Positions 58,527 to 64,000 of a DNA stretch of 64,000 bases are shown here, piece by piece. Both the position numbers and the translations under genes were made by a program. Under the pieces are notes generated by a model. That model did no database searches. It worked only from the letters and a program-made list of their open reading frames with translations, and was not told the origin of the DNA. Each line of letters opens with the position of its first letter. Within the stretch, counting starts at the first letter, position 1. Source of the stretch: an uncultured Actinomycetes bacterium (GTDB lineage Bacteria > Actinomycetota > Acidimicrobiia > IMCC26256 > PALSA-610); assembly GCA_963701825.1 (NCBI GenBank), contig CAVPBG010000003.1, positions 1,072,043 through 1,136,042 on the forward strand, written 5' to 3'.

Positions 58527-59822
58527 ATGACAACGACCGCGGGATCCGCACCCTCGAATCCGTCGGTGCCACCGATCGGGGCGCGCCGCGTCGCCGACCT
58601 CGTCGACTGCGACCTCACCTCGGGCGCGTCGTTCGTCGCCGGCGTCCCCCACGAAGCTTTCGACATTCTCCGCGCGCAGGGCGGGATCGCGTGGCACGAC
58701 GAGCCGCCGGTCGGTGGGTTGATGAGTGGCGCATCGTTCATCCAGTTCGTCGACAGCCCCGGGTTCTGGACCGTCACCGCCTACGACCTCGTCGTCGAAG
58801 TCGATCGCGACCAGGAGCGCTTCTCGTCGGAGTTGGGCGGCACGTTCATGCCGTCGCTCACCGAAGACAGCCTGGCCATGTTCCGCCAGATGATGCTGAA
58901 CATGGACCACCCACGGCACACTCGGCTGCGACGCATCCTGCAGCCGATCTTCACGCCCCGGTCGATCGAACGGCTCCGCACGTCGATCGAGACCAACGCC
59001 ACCGACATTCTCGAAGGCGTACACGGCGAGTTCGATCTCGTCACGACCGTCTCCGCGGAGATGCCGCTGCGCGTCCTCGCCGACCTGCTCGGCATGCCCC
59101 GGGAAGACCGCGGGCTCATGTTCGAATGGAGCAATGCGCTGCTCGGCGCCGAGAACCCGAGCGAAGCCCAGCACGCCGAGGACGCGACGACGGCACTCGC
59201 GGGAATGATGATGTACGGCCAGGCGATGGCCGACGACCGGCGCGCGAATCCGCGCGACGACATCGTGAGTCGCATCGTCACCGCCGAGGTCGACGGCGAA
59301 CGGATCACCGACGAAGAGTTCCAGATGTTCTGGCTACTGCTCGTGGTGGCCGGGAACGAGACGACGCGCAACGCGGTATCGGGCTCGGTGCTCGCGTTGC
59401 ACCAACAGGAGCTCTGGCCGTGGCTCGCAGCCCATCCCGAGCATCTCGACGCGGCCGTCGAAGAGCTCCTCCGCTACGTCTCTCCCGTGCACCAGTTCCG
59501 CCGCACCGCAACCTCCGACGTCGTGCTCGGCGACCAGCACGTGCGCGCGGGCGACAAGGTGGTGATCTGGTTCTCGGCCGCGAATCACGACCCGGCAGTG
59601 TTCGCCGATCCCCATCACCTCGACCTGCTCCGCGACCCGAATCCCCACGTGGCGTTCGGGATCGGGCCGCACTTCTGCCTCGGCGCCCACCTGGCCCGGC
59701 TGGAGGCGGCGGAGATGCTGCGCTTCCTCTTGCGTCACGCGCCCGACATGTCGGTCGGCGAGCCGACGCGCGTCGCCTCGAACTTCATCAACGGCATCGC
59801 CCACCTCCCCGCAAGCGTCTAA
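58527..59822 (+). CDS. Cytochrome P450 (CYP124/125/142-like)
   Basis: AGNETTRN, EELLR, FGIGPHFCLG. Confidence 0.93.
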   Translation: MTTTAGSAPSNPSVPPIGARRVADLVDCDLTSGASFVAGVPHEAFDILRAQGGIAWHDEPPVGGLMSGASFIQFVDSPGFWTVTAYDLVVEVDRDQERFSSELGGTFMPSLTEDSLAMFRQMMLNMDHPRHTRLRRILQPIFTPRSIERLRTSIETNATDILEGVHGEFDLVTTVSAEMPLRVLADLLGMPREDRGLMFEWSNALLGAENPSEAQHAEDATTALAGMMMYGQAMADDRRANPRDDIVSRIVTAEVDGERITDEEFQMFWLLLVVAGNETTRNAVSGSVLALHQQELWPWLAAHPEHLDAAVEELLRYVSPVHQFRRTATSDVVLGDQHVRAGDKVVIWFSAANHDPAVFADPHHLDLLRDPNPHVAFGIGPHFCLGAHLARLEAAEMLRFLLRHAPDMSVGEPTRVASNFINGIAHLPASV

Positions 59823-59826
59823 ACCT

Positions 59827-59877
59827 CGAACCGTCGTGAGTTGGGCCCGAATAGCGGGCCGAAGTCACGACAGTACG
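59827..59877. repeat. 51-bp palindromic repeat, copy 6
   Basis: cgaaccgtcgtgagtt-gggcccg-aatag-cgggccg-aagtcacgacagtacg between convergent genes. Confidence 0.92.
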
Positions 59878-59882
59878 CGTCT

Positions 59883-60644
59883 TTAGTAGTGGTCGAGGAG
59901 GTCGACGACGGTTGCCGCGTCCTGGCCGAGCATGACGCGACCGACTACCTGCATGTGCGAGCGCCAGTGCTCTTCTGCTGCGACGGCGTCGCCCGCGTCG
60001 AGGAGCTCGAGCAGACGTTCCTGCGACCGGATCCCGCGGCGGCGCACCGCAAGCGAACCGACGACGTCGTCGGCCCGGCTCACTGCGGTCACCGCGCGGG
60101 CCACGATGCCGTTCAACATCTCCGCGACGATGCCGAGCGTCTGATTTCCCGCCAGCAGCACGAGCCGTTCGTGGAACGTGGCGTTCGCCGCACCGAACCG
60201 TTCCGGATCCTCGATCGCGTCCTCTTCGTCGTGGATCAGGACGCGCAGCTCCTTGATCGCGGCTTTGCGACCGCGCATGGTTGCGATGGTGCGCGCCGCG
60301 ATCGGCTCGAGCAGGCTGCGCGCCTCGGAGACGTCGGCGAGCGAGACGTTCCGTGCTTGCAACACCAGCGCCGCGGTACGCGCGGTCATGCGGCCGCTGG
60401 GCGCGTGCACGACGACGCCGCCGCGCACGCCCCGCACGACGGTGACGAGCCCTTCGGCTTCGAGGATGCGCAGCGCCTCGCGCAGCGACGGGCGCGACAC
60501 GCCGAAGCGTTCGACCAGATCCGGTTCGTGCCCGAGCGAGTCGCCTTCCGACAGTTCGCCCGCGACGATGAGCGCGCGCAGTTCGTCGGCGATCAGCTGG
60601 GGTTTCTCCCGTGGTCGCGTCTTGTTGCCCTTGGCGACAGCCAC
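59883..60644 (-). CDS. GntR/FadR-family regulator
   Basis: EPDLVERFGVSRPSLREALRILE, FCD-type C-terminus. Confidence 0.92.
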   Translation of the reverse strand: MAVAKGNKTRPREKPQLIADELRALIVAGELSEGDSLGHEPDLVERFGVSRPSLREALRILEAEGLVTVVRGVRGGVVVHAPSGRMTARTAALVLQARNVSLADVSEARSLLEPIAARTIATMRGRKAAIKELRVLIHDEEDAIEDPERFGAANATFHERLVLLAGNQTLGIVAEMLNGIVARAVTAVSRADDVVGSLAVRRRGIRSQERLLELLDAGDAVAAEEHWRSHMQVVGRVMLGQDAATVVDLLDHY

Positions 60645-60686
60645 GCATCCTCCGCTCTCCAGCCGGGCGGCCTACCCGCCCGGAGG

Positions 60687-61508
60687 TTACCGATCTCCGA
60701 AGAAAAACGATTCCGCGTTGTCGTACAACCAGGCCTGCCTGACCTCGTCGGTGAGGTCGAGGTTGGCGGCTTCACCGAGACAGCGCTCCATCGACAGCAC
60801 CGGGAAGTCGCTGGCGAAGAGAACGCGGTCCTTGCCGCGCGTCGCCATGAAATGCAGTAGCGACTCGGGCAGCCGTTTCGGCGACCACGCCGACGTCATG
60901 AGCCGCAGATTGCGGTACTTGATCATCAGGCGGATCGCCGTGTCCCACCACGGATCGGCGCCGTGGATCATGCACAACTTCAACTCGGGAAAGCGGTAAC
61001 AGACCCGGTCGAGGTGAATCGGGTTCTGCGCTTCCGCGGGCAACGGCGGTCCGGGAATCCCGGTGTTGATGCACAGCGGTAGGTCGAGCTCGCAACACGC
61101 GACGTACAGCGCGTAGTAGACGGGATCCGTGGGCGGGTACATGCCGTCGCCCCAGAAGCTCGGGCCCACAACGGTGTACGCGACCGGGTGATCGCGCACG
61201 TACGACGTCAACCCGCGCACCACCGACATCGGCTTCAGCAGATTGAAGCCGCCGACCGCGAGCGCGAACCGATCCGGCCGCGCTTCGACGAACGACAGCG
61301 ACCGGCTTTCCTTGTCGCGCGGGTTCGTCATCAGGATCGCGCGCTCAACACCGTTCGCGTCCATGTTGTCGAGCAACTCGGGGAGCTCCGGACTCTTGAA
61401 GAACGAAGCGTCGCCCTTGAAGTAATCCTCCTTGACGCGCACCATCCAGTCGGGTTGCGCCTTGTCGGCGAAATCGACGTTCACCAGGCAGTCGATGGCG
61501 CGGGTCAT
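60687..61508 (-). CDS. Amidohydrolase_2-family protein
   Basis: MIHGADPW, LFASDFP. Confidence 0.85.
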   Translation of the reverse strand: MTRAIDCLVNVDFADKAQPDWMVRVKEDYFKGDASFFKSPELPELLDNMDANGVERAILMTNPRDKESRSLSFVEARPDRFALAVGGFNLLKPMSVVRGLTSYVRDHPVAYTVVGPSFWGDGMYPPTDPVYYALYVACCELDLPLCINTGIPGPPLPAEAQNPIHLDRVCYRFPELKLCMIHGADPWWDTAIRLMIKYRNLRLMTSAWSPKRLPESLLHFMATRGKDRVLFASDFPVLSMERCLGEAANLDLTDEVRQAWLYDNAESFFFGDR

Positions 61509-63071
61509 CGGTGGATCCCCTCTCGTTGCAACAGCTCTTGCAGCGCAGTCTTGTCGACTTTGGCGGTCGCGGTCATCGGTACGGCTTCGCTCGACGCGGC
61601 GATCAGCCAGACCGTAGGCACCTTGAACGCACTGAGACAGGAGCGGGTGGACGCGACCAGGTCGTCGAGCACGAGCGCCGACACGACGAACACTCCGACG
61701 GCGTCGGTCGCGCCCGCGACGGACACGTTCGTGACGTGCGCCTGGCGCACGCCGTCGATCGACCGGATCGCGGACTCCACCTCCGAGGGGTACACGGTCG
61801 CACCCCTGACCTTGAACATGTCGTCGCGGCGGCCGTGATACCAGAGGTACCCGTCGGCATCGAGCACGCCGAGATCACCGGTGGCATAGAAGCCGTCCGG
61901 CGAGAACGTCGTGTCGCGCGTGCGGCCGCAGACGCCGCGCATCACGTTGCAAGCCGCGCACGCGAATCTCGCCGAGGTCACCGGGCGCGCACCGAACATC
62001 CGTTTCCGGATCGAAGATACGTACTTCGACGCCGGCCAACGGTTTGCCGCAGCTGCCGAACTTGTCCGGGCGCATGTCGACGTCGAGGCGCGCGCCGCAG
62101 TAGGGGCCGAACGTCTCGGTCATCCCGAACAGGTTGGCCCGCGCACCGGACGCGGGCCGCTGTTGCGACGGCAAGACCGCGGCCAGGCTCCCCGGCCGCA
62201 GGTCGGAAAGGTCGGCGGTCGCGAACTTCGGGTGTGCGGCCAAGCGCACGGCCTGGTCGGGCCAGCCCCGGAAGAGCGTCACGTGCTCGCGTTCGAGGAG
62301 GTCGAGCGTGCGCTCCGGCTCCGGAATCGCCTCGGTGAGCAGCGTCGCCCCGGCGACGAGCGCGGTGAGCAGCCCACCCGCGAGCCCGCCCGTCCAGAAG
62401 AACGGCATCGGTATGTACAGCCGTTCGTCGACACCGACGCGGCGCGCGTCGAGCCCCGACGCCACCGCGCGTAGCGCGCTGCCGTGCGTGTGAATCGTCC
62501 CCTTCGGCGCGCCGCGGCTGCCGGATGTGAAGAGAACGACGAAGTCGTCCGCCGGTCGTACCGCCGCCCCGAGCGCGCCGACGAGCGCGTCGTCGACCGC
62601 CGGCTGCGGCAGGACGTCGGCGACCCACACGGCCCGCAACGCGGGAAGGCGCGCATGGCGACCACCGGCACGCAACGTCGGCCCGATGCCGGGCGCGATC
62701 TCCTCGATGTCGTCGAGATACGACCGCCCACGGAACTCGCGGGCCACCACGAGATGCGTGACCGCCGCGAGTGGGAGCTGCGCGTCCAGCTCGGAAGGTC
62801 GGAGCAACGTGCTGAGCGGTACGACCACCGCGCCGACCCGCCACGCGGCCGCGGCCACGACCGCCCAGTCGATGCCGTTGGGCAGCAGTACACCGACCCG
62901 CGCGCCCTTGGCGATGCCCGCCGCGATGAAGCGGGCCGCAAGGGCACCGCTCGCGGCTTCGAGCTCCGCGTGGGTGATCGCGCCGTCGTCGGTGACGACA
63001 GCGCGCTTCGAACCGTGTCGTTCGCGGTTGCGCTGCAGCAGTGCGGGGAACGTCGCGGTGTCGCTAGGCAC
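61505..63071 (-). CDS. Acyl-CoA synthetase; frameshift near 61955
   Basis: FTSGSRGAPKG and FGMTE in one frame; ATGD, KVRGATVYPSEVE in another. Confidence 0.83.
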
Positions 63072-64000
63072 CGAAGAGTTCCTTCAGCGCGCGGGCGTCG
63101 AGTTTGCCGCTCGACATCATCGGTACCTGGTCGTCGGCGAGCACGAGGAATCGCTTCGGCACCTTGTACGCGGAGAGGCGCGCTCGCAGTTCGGTGCGCA
63201 GCGCATCGGTATCGAGACCCGGGCGATCGGGCGGCACGCGGATCGCGGCGGCCACGATCTGACCCCGATCGGCATCGTCGACGCCGATCACATGCGCGAC
63301 GAGGCCCGTCACATCGGCGATCGCACCTTCGACCTCGCGCGGCGACACGTTCGCGCCCGCGGTCTTGATCATGTCGCCGTGCCGACCGTGGAAATAGAAG
63401 AACCCGTCGGCGTCCACGTGGAACAGATCGCCGGTGCGGTACCAGCCATCGGGGGTGAACGTCTCGTGCCGCTCCCGGCCGTAGTACCCCTCCATGAGGA
63501 ACGGGCTGCGGAACCACAACTCGCCGACTTCGCCGATCGGGCAGTCGGGCCCGGGTTCGGCACCGTCGGCGTCGCCGTCGCCGTCGCCGTCGACGCCCAC
63601 GATCCGCGCTTCGAAGCCGGGGACCGGTCGCCCGAACGAACCCCGACGGTGCTCGGGTTGGTCGCGTTCGTCGGTGCTCGCGAGGCAGACACTCCCCGCT
63701 TCGGTCATGCCGAGCATGTTGTGCCGAAGTTCGGGGTCGGCCGCGCGCACGCCGACCGGCATGATCGGCCAGAGGTTCCCCCGCCGGATCGAGCTGAGAT
63801 CGCGGGCGGCGAACGACGCGTCGGCAGCCAGGTGCGCGACCGATGCCGCGAATCCGTTCACCATCGTGGGCCGCGTCGCGCTCGAGCAGGTCGAGCGTGG
63901 CCGGGGGGGCGGTTGCGTTCGAGCAGACCAGCGTCGCGCCCGCGAGCAATGTGCCGAGCAGGCCGTACGCGAACCCACCGATCCAGAAGAACGGCGAGTT
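63064..64000 (-). CDS. Acyl-CoA synthetase, C-terminal part; frameshift near 63880
   Basis: LGMTE, RTGD, KTAGANVSPREVE; upstream FFWIGG...LAGATLV in a shifted frame. Confidence 0.82.
   Translation of the reverse strand, partial: TRRSSGSVGSRTACSAHCSRARRWSARTQPPPRPRSTCSSATRPTMVNGFAASVAHLAADASFAARDLSSIRRGNLWPIMPVGVRAADPELRHNMLGMTEAGSVCLASTDERDQPEHRRGSFGRPVPGFEARIVGVDGDGDGDADGAEPGPDCPIGEVGELWFRSPFLMEGYYGRERHETFTPDGWYRTGDLFHVDADGFFYFHGRHGDMIKTAGANVSPREVEGAIADVTGLVAHVIGVDDADRGQIVAAAIRVPPDRPGLDTDALRTELRARLSAYKVPKRFLVLADDQVPMMSSGKLDARALKELFGA

Noticed and set aside
2866-59877. Palindromes as a CRISPR array or integron attC sites
   Set aside because: Copies are kilobases apart with no spacers, cas genes or integrase, and lack the attC RYYYAAC/GTTRRRY ends.
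63571-63594. (GTCGCC)n microsatellite as a phase-variation tract
   Set aside because: Only 3-4 in-frame hexamer units, encoding a DGDGDG linker.
8480-63900. Programmed ribosomal frameshifting at the broken genes
   Set aside because: No shared slippery sequence; unrelated enzyme families are affected; sequencing error is simpler.

Overview
A high-GC, actinobacterial-type region almost entirely filled by about 60 genes of a CoA-dependent lipid/steroid/aromatic catabolic island: SDRs, acyl-CoA synthetases, acyl-CoA dehydrogenases, crotonases, DUF35/thiolase-like aldolases, three P450s, two Rieske oxygenases, a BVMO, LLM oxidoreductases, amidohydrolases, four TetR regulators and one GntR/FadR regulator. 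Eight genes carry single-base frameshifts, probably read or assembly errors. The most unusual signal is a family of six 51-bp palindromes with covarying inner stems. Two copies flank, as direct repeats, the only gene that is neither metabolic nor regulatory (AbiEi-like N-terminus plus DUF559/Vsr-like nuclease, 45829-46764). Removing that unit restores the convergent gene-palindrome-gene layout seen at other copies. Flanks of the copies show a strand-asymmetric G-poor halo. Three recurrent candidate operator families also define sub-regulons. No rRNA, tRNA or CRISPR array was seen. All family calls come from motif recognition, not database searches.
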